From positions 6,240,001 through 6,304,000 of the forward strand of contig CP181291.1 in NCBI GenBank assembly GCA_052279835.1: 64,000 nt of DNA, read 5' to 3'. Within the stretch, counting starts at the first letter, position 1; the number at the start of each line of letters is the position of its first letter. Under the pieces are notes generated by a model, which was not told where the DNA came from, ran no database searches, and was given only the letters and a program-made list of their open reading frames with translations. A program made the translations under genes and the position numbers. Origin of the DNA: Microcoleus sp. GTDB lineage: Bacteria > Cyanobacteriota > Cyanobacteriia > Cyanobacteriales > Microcoleaceae. Shown here in pieces: positions 22,016-31,555 of this stretch.

Positions 22016-23494
22016 ATGGAAAAAATGACTGATGATGAGGCACTAAATATCGTTGAGGAAATTCTGGAAATAAAACAATTAAACAATGTGCAGAAGATAG
22101 TCTTTTGTCAAGCTTGGGAAGGACAGTCTTATATGCAGATTGCTAATGCTTTTGACTATGACTATAGCTATATCAAAGATACTGGATCGCAACTTTGGCA
22201 GATGCTCTCAACCGCTCTACGACAAAAAGTGACAAAGTTGAATTTTCAGAGCGTCCTCAAGCATTATGCTAAACATCGAGAATCTCAGTTCGCTAGTCAA
22301 TCTGCTTTTTATAGACCAGAATTTGAACTATTAGAGAGTTCACCGTCACCTAACTATTCTACACTTTCCATAGATGAGGATGAAACTCGTTGGGTTGGGC
22401 GCGAATCGTTAGTTGATGCGCTAACAGAGAAGATTCAAGGCATTAGTCGCGTCCTAATGCTGGTAGGAATTACAGGGATAGGCAAGTCATCTCTGGCAAT
22501 TCGACTGAGTTTAGAACCAGCGATCGCTCAAACATGGCCATTCCTTCATGTAATTCGCTTTGATGCTGAGCAGCAAACCTTTGAACAATTCGCTCGCTTA
22601 CTTTTAAAAGAGCAGATGAGATCGGATTTTGAGTCAGAACACGAGTCTCAAAAACTGGTCATCGATTTAGTTAATTATTTGCAAACCCATCCCTGTTTGC
22701 TGCTCCTCGACATGGTTGAGGAAATCCTGGAAACGGGCGATCGTGGCGAGTTTCACTACAAAGATCCCTTATTTGCCCAATTTTTTGATCGCTTTATCCA
22801 AGTAGAACCAATGCCATCTCGCTTGATTCTAACTTCTCAGGATCGCCTCCCTGTCATAGCCGAGGGACGGTATCTAGAGCGATCGCACCTAGAATACCTC
22901 AAAGGCTTAAATCCCGAAGAAGCCCTCGAACTTTTTGGGAGTTGGGAAGTTTATCCTCAGACAGATGAGGAACGTGAATATTTACAACGCATCGTTAGGG
23001 TTTATGAAGGCCATCCGCTTGCTTTGCGAGTAATCGCTGGAGAAATTCGAGAAAGTCCATACAACCGCGACATTCAAGCCTACTGGCACGATTATGGCGA
23101 AGAGATTGTAACCATTGAACAACAGCAAATAGCTTCTGATTTACGTTCGAGCGCCGACTCAGTAACTTTAGCCAATTACAGCATCAACTTAACCGATCTA
23201 GTTAAGTGCCGCATCGAACGAACATTTATCCGTCTGCGCGTTTCATCTCCTTTGGCTTACATTCTGCTCTGTATGGGAGCTACCTATCGATGCTCTGTAG
23301 AGCGAACTGCTTGGCTATTATTAATTGCAGATTCTCCTAAAGAAGCGCAAATAATTGCCTTTCAAACCTTACAACGCCGCTTTCTCCTAGAAACAGACTC
23401 TAAGGTTGGGCGCGTATTCTATCGGCTTCACAGTTTAATTCGCAGCATCGCGCTCCAGCATCTTGTTAATTTTAAACCAGAGAGCCTGTTATGA
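22016..23494 (+). CDS. N-terminal HTH + NB-ARC/STAND ATPase lacking a fused sensor
   Basis: LNNVQKIVFCQAWEGQSY.QIA..YIKDTGSQLW (HTH); WVGR; GITGIGKS; LLLLD; LILTS; GHPLAL; YRLHSLIR. Confidence 0.85.
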   Translation: MEKMTDDEALNIVEEILEIKQLNNVQKIVFCQAWEGQSYMQIANAFDYDYSYIKDTGSQLWQMLSTALRQKVTKLNFQSVLKHYAKHRESQFASQSAFYRPEFELLESSPSPNYSTLSIDEDETRWVGRESLVDALTEKIQGISRVLMLVGITGIGKSSLAIRLSLEPAIAQTWPFLHVIRFDAEQQTFEQFARLLLKEQMRSDFESEHESQKLVIDLVNYLQTHPCLLLLDMVEEILETGDRGEFHYKDPLFAQFFDRFIQVEPMPSRLILTSQDRLPVIAEGRYLERSHLEYLKGLNPEEALELFGSWEVYPQTDEEREYLQRIVRVYEGHPLALRVIAGEIRESPYNRDIQAYWHDYGEEIVTIEQQQIASDLRSSADSVTLANYSINLTDLVKCRIERTFIRLRVSSPLAYILLCMGATYRCSVERTAWLLLIADSPKEAQIIAFQTLQRRFLLETDSKVGRVFYRLHSLIRSIALQHLVNFKPESLL

Positions 23495-25014
23495 ATTTTG
23501 CCTTGGATCGAGCATTGCAACTGAAGACGCTAACAGAATCCCAGATTTTAAATTGTTGCTTGACACCAACAGGAGAGTTGGTTCTAAATAATGCACATCC
23601 TCTCGATCGACAACCGACTCTCTATGAAAAAGCGCATTTACGAGCCGCTTTTTACTGGCTCAAGCACTATCAACCCAATCACCAAGCTTCTCAACTCGAA
23701 CAAGTCCGAGGCTACTTGGAGGCGGCTCACCATCTAGAACAGCTTAAAGCTTGGGATCTGATTCGCCAAATTTTATTTGTTCGTCCTAATATCGAAGGGA
23801 ATTCGCAGGTTTTACACCAACAGCTTGGAATTTGGGGACTTTACCGAGAACAAATCGCTCTATGTCAACCTTTATTAGGTAAAGTTAATCCCCAATTGGA
23901 TTGTCTTTGTCTCAATGACCTGGGCTATGCTTATACCCATCTTTGTCAGTTTCCCACCGCAGTCGGTTACTACCAGCGTTTATTACAATTAGCCACAGAG
24001 AATCACAATACAGAGGCTCAAGCTAAAGCACTTGGTGGTTTAGGGCTTTGCTATGGCAATTGGGGACAATATCAAACAGCTTGGAATTACTGCCAGCAGC
24101 AGTTGCAGGTATTGGATCGAATTGATGAATCTGGCTGTCGCGTTCAATTGGAGGATGCCGTATCGCTAGAAAGCTTGGGGTGGGAGCAAGATAGTTACGG
24201 CGAAGGCTCGTCTACAGCGGTTGAGAGAGGTCAAACTTTGGCGACTTTGGGATATTTAGCCATTCACCTGCGACAGTTTCATAAGGCGACTCATCACTGT
24301 CAGCAAGCATTAGCGATCGCCCGTACTATTAACGATACGCAAACCCAATGGTACGCTCTCGGACGGCTTGCCGTCGCCAATGCTCAATTGGGTAAACGCC
24401 AAAAAGCTTTAGATGCCTTAGAGCAACAGTACCAGCAACGACACCAAAACCGCAATTGCCATCAAGTTAGTGTTGTATTGGTGAATTTGGGCTTAGTCTA
24501 CTGTTACCAGCGCAACTTTAGAGCCGCTCTAACCTGCTCCCAAGAACTTTTGGAAATTAATCAACACAGTGGTGATATAAGCGTTCAATGTTACGCCTTA
24601 CTAACTCTGGCATTTATTCATACTTGGCAAGATGAGGTTCAACTAGCTTTAGAAAAAACCCAGCAATGTTTGGATCTGGCCCGTCAATATCACTATCAAC
24701 ACCACGAATCTCAGTCATTATCGCAATTTTCTTATCTCTATAGCGCACTGGGAGACATTTCTAAAGCACTAGATTATGGAAAACAAGCTTTAGCGCTCGC
24801 TCAAACCGTTAATAATTCTTTATTTAAAGGGATTGCACTGGCAGTTTTAGGATTGGCTTACCTGGAAGCGGGTAAGTTTATACAGAGTTTGCGTTTTATC
24901 GTTGCTAGTTTGATCGCGCTCCCTCCTTGGCGCGGTGGAGATAGCCAATTGTTGCTGGCGATAATTCTCAAACGATTATTCAAATATTATGGCGATCGGT
25001 CCTCAAGATTTTAG
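23491..25014 (+). CDS. Tetratricopeptide repeat protein, translationally coupled to the STAND gene
   Basis: ATGA overlap at 23491-23494; repeated LGxxYxxxGxxxxA helices. Confidence 0.85.
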   Translation: MNFALDRALQLKTLTESQILNCCLTPTGELVLNNAHPLDRQPTLYEKAHLRAAFYWLKHYQPNHQASQLEQVRGYLEAAHHLEQLKAWDLIRQILFVRPNIEGNSQVLHQQLGIWGLYREQIALCQPLLGKVNPQLDCLCLNDLGYAYTHLCQFPTAVGYYQRLLQLATENHNTEAQAKALGGLGLCYGNWGQYQTAWNYCQQQLQVLDRIDESGCRVQLEDAVSLESLGWEQDSYGEGSSTAVERGQTLATLGYLAIHLRQFHKATHHCQQALAIARTINDTQTQWYALGRLAVANAQLGKRQKALDALEQQYQQRHQNRNCHQVSVVLVNLGLVYCYQRNFRAALTCSQELLEINQHSGDISVQCYALLTLAFIHTWQDEVQLALEKTQQCLDLARQYHYQHHESQSLSQFSYLYSALGDISKALDYGKQALALAQTVNNSLFKGIALAVLGLAYLEAGKFIQSLRFIVASLIALPPWRGGDSQLLLAIILKRLFKYYGDRSSRF

Positions 25015-25083
25015 TTGGGTTGAGCTGTGAGGTGGGTAAAAGACTGTCGTGCCCGATCGCCGCCTATTTGCGGTTACATTCCA

Positions 25084-25250
25084 TGGATTTCAAGCTATAC
25101 TTGGCAATTCCAGCTAACTTATACGATAATAAATTTCCAACCCCGCTCGCTCAATTAATGATTCAAAAAAACCAAGTTAACCTATTGGTTTTCGCTCCAA
25201 TCCTGGAGGTCATCGAACGATGGATAAACTCGAACGCTACCGAAGCTTAA
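25084..25250 (+). pseudogene. xisH: 5'-truncated XisH fragment
   Basis: KLYLAIP..LYD......LAQLMIQKNQVNLLVF.P..EVIERWIN is a XisH C-terminus overlapping xisI; the N-terminal half is missing. Confidence 0.7.
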
Positions 25251-25555
25251 TCCAAAAAATCCTCGAAGAATACCAGCAGCTAAGCTCGGGCAATTCCGAT
25301 GTCGAATCTGTCTTGCTGTTCGATCCGATTCGCGAGCAGTATCTTCTAATAAAAATGGGTTGGTATCAAGATAATCGCATCAAAAGCAATGTCATTCACG
25401 TTCGCCTGAAAGATGGAAAAATCTGGATTGAAGAAGACCGGACTGAGGACGGTATTGCGACCGATTTACTCCAAGCAGGGGTGTCCCGTGAAGATATCGT
25501 CCTCGCCTTTCATCCACCGCGTTTGCGTCAGTTTACTGAATTTGCAACTGCGTAA
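25220..25555 (+). CDS. xisI: XisI family protein
   Basis: MDKLERYRSLIQKIL..FD..REQYLL...GW...IHVRLKDGKIWIEED.TEDGIATDLL.AGV.REDIVLAFHPP. Confidence 0.92.
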   Translation: MDKLERYRSLIQKILEEYQQLSSGNSDVESVLLFDPIREQYLLIKMGWYQDNRIKSNVIHVRLKDGKIWIEEDRTEDGIATDLLQAGVSREDIVLAFHPPRLRQFTEFATA

Positions 25556-25614
25556 CCCGATCGCTCTTAGAGAAAGTATCGCACATCGCGCATCAAGAGC
25601 GATCGCGCACTTAT

Positions 25615-25968
25615 CTAATTCGCAGCCAACAAACCCGACATATTCAGCACTTTTTCTGACCAGATTTTTACCTGTTCGCTAACTTTTATTCGTTGCTGAA
25701 CGTTCGAGCGAATCTCAGCCCAAGAATTCTGCCAGCAAGCTAACTGAACCTGCAACTCAACTAACTCAGCAGCTATTTCTATCTCTGTATCGGCAGCAGT
25801 CCATTCAATAAACAGCTTGCTTTCTTCCAGTAAATCTTCAATTATTTCGCTATGAGCTGCATTTTGACATCGGGATTAAATCCGTGCCAAATTTGATGCT
25901 AAATTTCCCAGACGAACCGGCAGTTCGTCTCGCAAATAGCGTGACTTTAAAGCATTCCAATCTCTCAT
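25615..25968 (-). pseudogene. Hypothetical gene with an in-frame premature stop (missed by the ORF track)
   Basis: MRDWNALKSRYLRDELPVRLGNLASNLARI*SRCQ...WSEKVLNMSGLLAAN*; TAA at 25876-25878; ATGA-coupled to the upstream gene. Confidence 0.7.
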
Positions 25969-26301
25969 AACTCTCCTAATAGCCGTTGAACGATCTGAGC
26001 AACTCGATCTCGAATCATCGGATCTTGAATTTCCATCGAACGATTGTTTTGGCGGGGGCGGATATTGATGAGAGATTCATAGCCTACTTATGAGTGTCAG
26101 CGGATACCAATCTGCTCCCCAAATATCTACTTGCTTGCTCCCATTTTCCAGCAATACAGCTTCTCCGTCAGCGTGAAGCTCTCCACCACCAGCTAAAATT
26201 CCCCGTTCGATATCCACTGCCAGTTTAATATAACTGCTCAGGATTTCCAACATTTCTTCAAGTTGCTCTTTGGTAGCACGCTCTTGTATCAGATTAATCA
26301 T
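25965..26301 (-). pseudogene. DUF5674-like protein, frameshifted near 26085-26095
   Basis: YIKLAVDIERGILAGGGELHAD.E.VLLENGS.Q.DIWGA, then in a shifted frame YESLINIRPRQNNRSMEIQDP.IR... Confidence 0.7.
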
Positions 26302-26359
26302 CTTTATTTTTTAAATTGCGATCGCGATCGCAGTGCTGAAAAATTTTGGCGATCGTGCA

Positions 26360-26701
26360 ATGAAACCCTTAACTCCCCAAGACATCCTCAAGCCTTACTC
26401 AAAACACCGGACAGCTATTGACAGCCCCGGCTCCTTTTACTCTGCTTTAGAAACAAAAGTAATGATGAGAGCTAATCCGCCCCTTAAGCCTGAAATATTA
26501 ACAGCTATTCCAACTCTTTTGATCGATAAAAATCAAAAACCTCAGTGGCAACTTACACTTAAAACTCCTTACCAACTGATCGATACTGCTTTCAATCTTG
26601 AAACAGCCCTTCAACCATTCCAACAAGCAAAAATCATCGGTATAGACTGCGAAACGACAGGGCTTGACCCCTACCAAGCCAAAATTAGATTGTTACAACT
26701 T
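26360..26701 (+). pseudogene. Truncated 3'-5' exonuclease (DNA polymerase A-type) N-terminal fragment
   Basis: IIGIDCETTGLDPYQAKIRLLQL (ExoI DxE motif); similarity ends at the palindrome starting at 26702. Confidence 0.7.
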
Positions 26702-26749
26702 CAGGACTTACGCAGACACACTATATGTAGTGTGTCTGCGTAAGTCCTG
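26702..26749. repeat. 48-bp palindrome (22-bp perfect arms, TATG loop)
   Basis: caggacttacgcagacacacta-tatg-tagtgtgtctgcgtaagtcctg. Confidence 0.9.
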
Positions 26750-27303
26750 TACCTCATCGATCGTCATAACTGGCAATTATCTGGTAAGCGTATGGTGGAT
26801 ATTATCACTCGCGATCGACTCTAAAGCTGAGTACGATCGCCTCATGGCTGCGAATTTTTTTGAGAATACCTCTTTGGGACGATCTAAATCCTTGACAATC
26901 ATTATATCTTGTGTTATTAGCACTTTCTGAGCGATCGGCATAACCTAATTTTAAGAGGCGCTGGTGCTCCTAGCTGCAAGGGAGCCTTGCCTACTTTTTT
27001 GAGGCTTTTTCTCGATCGTTAGCTAAAATGTCATGTATGTGTCACATTTGGTCGTCCAGCTACAATTAAAATGTGACAGTTGACATTGGTAATGGCTTGT
27101 CAATTAATGCTAACTTAATTAAAAGTATTTTGATAAGCCTACTTTTATTCATCAACAAAGTACCCGATGCCTCGAAGCCAGGTCTAGCAAATATCGCGGG
27201 GGAAAGGCCACAAGATTGAGTTTAGTCATCCACCAAAATCTTCGATTCGATGTGTCGCTGAATTGCTCCCTGCCAAGTGTGTTATCTGCCAATCGCAAAT
27301 ATT

Positions 27304-30300
27304 ATGTTGGAATTAGTCAAAAATATATTTTCTCCTACTCAATATATGCCACACGGTCATTGCTATCTGTGGCAAACGCCTTTGGTGTGGCTCCACGTAA
27401 CGGGCGATTTTTTAATTGCGATCGCCTATTTTTCAATTCCCATGATGCTGATTTATTTTGTATTAAAAAGGCGGGATGTTCCTTTTTTAGGAATTTTTGC
27501 TTTATTTGGTGCATTTATTATTCTGTGCGGCACTGGTCACTTGCTAGAAATTTGGACTTTGTGGCATTCCGCCTATTGGTTATCTGGGATAGAAAAAGCC
27601 CTCACGGCACTGGTTTCCTGTTACACGGCTGGACAGATGGTAACACTATTGCCACAATTTCTTTCATTAAGAACTCCCCAAGAACTAGAAGAAATAAATA
27701 GCAGATTGGAGGCGGAAATATTAGTAAAAAAACAGGCAAAGTTAGCTTTACGCAGTGCCTATGATGACTTAGAAATTAAGGTGCAAGAACGCACATCCCA
27801 GTTGATTGAAACCAACAAGTGCTTAGAAATGGAAATTCGGGAGCGCCAGCAAGCCGAGTTAAAACTGCGCTCTGTTACCGAACGCTTGCAATATTTACTG
27901 GCTACTACTCCGGCCGTAATTTTTAGCTGCCAAATAGGCGGAAATTATGACGTGACATTTGTTAGCGAAAATATTTTTTCAATGATTGGTTATGAAGCAC
28001 AAGAATTTATGAATGGTTCCCTTGATTGGTATAGCCTGATTCACCCCGAAGATCGAGAAAATGTGAGTAACTTGTTCGCTCAAATATTGGAAAAAGAATC
28101 AATTTCCTACGAATACCGCGAACTGCACAAAGACGGTAGTTATCGGTGGATCTACGATGAGGTTAAGTTGGTAAAAGATGCTGCTGGTCTACCTATGGAG
28201 TGCGTTGGTTATGCCGTAGATATTACTGCGCGTAAACAAGCGGAAATCACCTTGCAGCAACAACTAAAAAGGGAGAGGCTAGTGAATTCCATTCAAGAGC
28301 GGATTCGTTCCTCTCTTAACCTGGAAGAAGTGCTGACAATGGCTGTGGAAGAAGTCCGGGATTTTTTGGCAACAGATAGAACAGTTATTTATCGTTTTAA
28401 CCCAGATTGGAGTGGCTTTATTGCCGTTGAGTCAGTGGCAAAAAATACGATGCCGATTTTGGGAATTGACATTAATGATAATTGTTTTCGGGAACACTAC
28501 GTGTCTGTTTACGAGCAGGGACACATTCGGGCGATCGACAATATTTACACGGCAGGTCTTTCTGAGTGTCACCTTAATTTACTGAGCCAGTTTGAAATTA
28601 AAGCTAACCTCGTGGTTCCCATTTTGCAAGGTGAAAAATTATGGGGACTACTGATTGCTCATCACTGTCGGAGTCAAAGGCATTGGAATTCTTCTGAGAT
28701 AGAATCTCTCCAGCAAATTTCCGTGCAGCTAGCAATTGCCATCCAGCAATCCACCCTTTTTGAACAAGCCAAAACTGAAATTTACGAACGTAAATTGGCA
28801 GAACTGGCATTACAAAAAGCTGTCTTGGCCGCGGATAGAGCTAACCGTGCCAAAAGTGAATTTCTCTCTTCTATGAGCCACGAATTGCGGACTCCCCTGA
28901 ATGCCATTTTGGGATTTAGTCAGGTGATGGTGCGCGATTCATCTTTAAACAATCAAAACCAGCAGCATCTACAAATTATTAATCGCGCGGGAGAACACTT
29001 GCTTTCCTTAATTAATGACATTTTGGAAATGTCCAAAATCGAAGCAGGCAGAAGTCAGCTTAATGAAAGCAGTTTTAATTTAATCCGTCTGTTAGAAACC
29101 TTAGAAGAAATGTTCCGATTGAAAGCTAAATCTAAAAAATTGCTGCTAAATTTTGAAGTAGCTGAAGGCGTACCGGACTTTGTGAAGGGAGATGATGGTA
29201 AATTGCGTCAAGTTTTGATTAATCTGATCGGCAATGCGATCAAATTTACAGACAGTGGTAGCGTTACCTTGCGAGTAAAAAATCAGGTAGAAACAAGTTT
29301 GACTTTTCAAACCCCAGATTTTAGACGCCCAAAAACAATCACCGCTGACACGGTTTCCCTAAAGTCGGCATCGCCGGAATTTGATGCTGTAAATATGAAT
29401 TATATTCCTCCGGTATCGTTACGGGTTAATTTTGAAATTGAAGATACGGGTGCTGGGATTGCCCCAGAAGAGATGAATAAATTATTTCAGCCCTTCGAGC
29501 AAACAAAAACAGGTTATAAATCTCAAGAGGGCACTGGATTAGGTTTACCAATTAGTCGCAATTTTGTGAAAATGATGGGAGGAGATATTAGTGTCAAAAG
29601 TACAGTTGGTTTGGGAAGTAAGTTTTCATTTGATATTGAATTCAGGCTTGCCGATCCTAGCGATGTTAAAATGCTTAAACCACAGAAAAAAGTAATTAGT
29701 TTAGCGGCAGATCAACCAGAATACCGGATTTTGGTGGTTGACGATCGCTCTGACAACTGTCTAGTCATAGTCAGATTATTGTCACCACTAGGCATCATCG
29801 TGCGAGAAGCTAGAAATGGGCAAGAAGCTGTTGCTATATGGGAAGAGTGGCAACCGCACCTAATTTGGATGGATATGCAGATGCCTGTGATGAATGGCTA
29901 TGAAGCTACCAGACTGATTAAAGCTCATCCCCTAGGTAAAAAAACCATGATTGTGGCTCTAACTGCTAGCGCTTTTGAAGAGGAACGAAAAACTATTTTG
30001 GCCGCAGGCTGCGATGATTTTATGCGTAAACCCTTCGAGGCAAATATACTATTTTCGATCATGGAAGAACTTTTAGGTATCAAGTATATTTATGAAGAGC
30101 CTATTGAGGAAAAAATCGAAAATGAAAATACAATTAGCGTACCTGCTAGCACTCTCTCTGTGGAATCGCAACTGAGTCAAATGCCTCTTGATTGGGTGCA
30201 GAAGATATCTGATGCTGCTCATGAATGTTCCGACGATAAAATTGTTCAGTTGATTGATGAAATACCTAGAGAATTTGATTCAGCCGCTAAAATCTTAACG

Positions 30301-30375
30301 GCTTTAGCCCATGATTTTCTATTTGATGATATTATAGAATTAGCAACATCGGCCGTTAAAGACCGTCAATGTTAA
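27304..30375 (+). CDS. Hybrid histidine kinase: ethylene-binding-type TM domain + PAS + DXCF cyanobacteriochrome GAF + HisKA/HATPase + REC
   Basis: GDFLIAIAYFSIP and FIILCGTGHL (ETR1-like Asp/Cys/His); DNCF and SECHL (two CBCR cysteines); MSHELRTPLN; IWMDMQMP. Confidence 0.88.
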   Translation: MLELVKNIFSPTQYMPHGHCYLWQTPLVWLHVTGDFLIAIAYFSIPMMLIYFVLKRRDVPFLGIFALFGAFIILCGTGHLLEIWTLWHSAYWLSGIEKALTALVSCYTAGQMVTLLPQFLSLRTPQELEEINSRLEAEILVKKQAKLALRSAYDDLEIKVQERTSQLIETNKCLEMEIRERQQAELKLRSVTERLQYLLATTPAVIFSCQIGGNYDVTFVSENIFSMIGYEAQEFMNGSLDWYSLIHPEDRENVSNLFAQILEKESISYEYRELHKDGSYRWIYDEVKLVKDAAGLPMECVGYAVDITARKQAEITLQQQLKRERLVNSIQERIRSSLNLEEVLTMAVEEVRDFLATDRTVIYRFNPDWSGFIAVESVAKNTMPILGIDINDNCFREHYVSVYEQGHIRAIDNIYTAGLSECHLNLLSQFEIKANLVVPILQGEKLWGLLIAHHCRSQRHWNSSEIESLQQISVQLAIAIQQSTLFEQAKTEIYERKLAELALQKAVLAADRANRAKSEFLSSMSHELRTPLNAILGFSQVMVRDSSLNNQNQQHLQIINRAGEHLLSLINDILEMSKIEAGRSQLNESSFNLIRLLETLEEMFRLKAKSKKLLLNFEVAEGVPDFVKGDDGKLRQVLINLIGNAIKFTDSGSVTLRVKNQVETSLTFQTPDFRRPKTITADTVSLKSASPEFDAVNMNYIPPVSLRVNFEIEDTGAGIAPEEMNKLFQPFEQTKTGYKSQEGTGLGLPISRNFVKMMGGDISVKSTVGLGSKFSFDIEFRLADPSDVKMLKPQKKVISLAADQPEYRILVVDDRSDNCLVIVRLLSPLGIIVREARNGQEAVAIWEEWQPHLIWMDMQMPVMNGYEATRLIKAHPLGKKTMIVALTASAFEEERKTILAAGCDDFMRKPFEANILFSIMEELLGIKYIYEEPIEEKIENENTISVPASTLSVESQLSQMPLDWVQKISDAAHECSDDKIVQLIDEIPREFDSAAKILTALAHDFLFDDIIELATSAVKDRQC

Positions 30376-30410
30376 GATTTTTTATGAAAAATAAGTAAGT
30401 CTTCCATCTT

Positions 30411-31550
30411 ATGGACAGCAATCAAGATCCTACAATTCCAGCCAGCATTCTCGTAGTTGACGATACGCCACATAACGTGCGACTATTATCAACAATCCTC
30501 ACGGGACAAGGATATCAGGTTCGTAAAGCGCTAAATGGGCAAAGGGCGCTCGCTACAGTGCAAGAGTTTCCGCCGCATCTCATTTTGCTGGACGTGATGA
30601 TGCCAGAAATGAATGGGTATGAGGTGTGCGAACATTTGAAATCTTCACCAACTACCAGTTCGATTCCAGTGATTTTTTTAAGCGCCTTAGATGATGCTTC
30701 TGATAAGGTGAAAGCTTTTGATGTGGGAGCAGTTGACTATATTACAAAACCTTTTCAAGATAAAGAAGTGTTGGCACGAGTGGCAAATCAGTTAACCATT
30801 AAAAGTCAAAAACAACTACTTCAAGAACAAACGAACCAATTAGAAGAACTTGTCGGACGTTTGGAAAAAGAAATTAAAGAGCGGCAGGGAGCTGAGCTAG
30901 CTGTACGCCTTGCTCAAGAAAAGTCCGATCATTTATTGTTAAACATTTTACCAGCAGCGATTGTTGAAGCTTTGAAAAAAGGGGAGAATACTAATGCCGA
31001 GAGATTTGACTCAGCAACAGTTTTATTTGCCGATATTGTAAATTTTACTTCTCTTGCTTCCAGAATTTCACCTCTAGAATTAGTGAAGTTCCTCAACCAG
31101 ATTTTTTCAAAGTTTGATGAATTAACTGAAAAACACGGTTTGGAGAAAATTAAAACGAATGGGGATGCTTATATGGTAGCGGGGGGGTTGCCGGTGCCGA
31201 GGCCCGATCATGCAGAAGCGATCGCCAATATGGCCTTGGATATGCAGGAAGCGATCGCTGATTTTAAAACAGATAGGGGGGAACCTTTTCAAATTCGGAT
31301 TGGCATCAATACAGGGCCTGTAGTTGCTGGAGTCATTGGTACTAAAAAATTTAGCTATGACTTGTGGGGAGATACTGTGAATGTTGCTTCTCGGATGGAA
31401 TCTCAAGGATTACCAGGGTGTATTCAAGTTACTACTGCGGTTTACCAGCAGTTAAAAAATGACTATGTATTTGAGGAAAGAGGTTCGATATCGGTAAAAG
31501 GTAAAGGAGAGACGATCGCCTATTTACTAACAAGCAAAAAAGATGATTAG
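30411..31550 (+). CDS. Response regulator-adenylate/guanylate cyclase (REC + class III cyclase)
   Basis: ILVVDD..LILLDVMMP; VLFADIVNFT; EKIKTNGDAYM; YDLWGDTVNVASRMES. Confidence 0.92.
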   Translation: MDSNQDPTIPASILVVDDTPHNVRLLSTILTGQGYQVRKALNGQRALATVQEFPPHLILLDVMMPEMNGYEVCEHLKSSPTTSSIPVIFLSALDDASDKVKAFDVGAVDYITKPFQDKEVLARVANQLTIKSQKQLLQEQTNQLEELVGRLEKEIKERQGAELAVRLAQEKSDHLLLNILPAAIVEALKKGENTNAERFDSATVLFADIVNFTSLASRISPLELVKFLNQIFSKFDELTEKHGLEKIKTNGDAYMVAGGLPVPRPDHAEAIANMALDMQEAIADFKTDRGEPFQIRIGINTGPVVAGVIGTKKFSYDLWGDTVNVASRMESQGLPGCIQVTTAVYQQLKNDYVFEERGSISVKGKGETIAYLLTSKKDD

Positions 31551-31555
31551 CTGCC

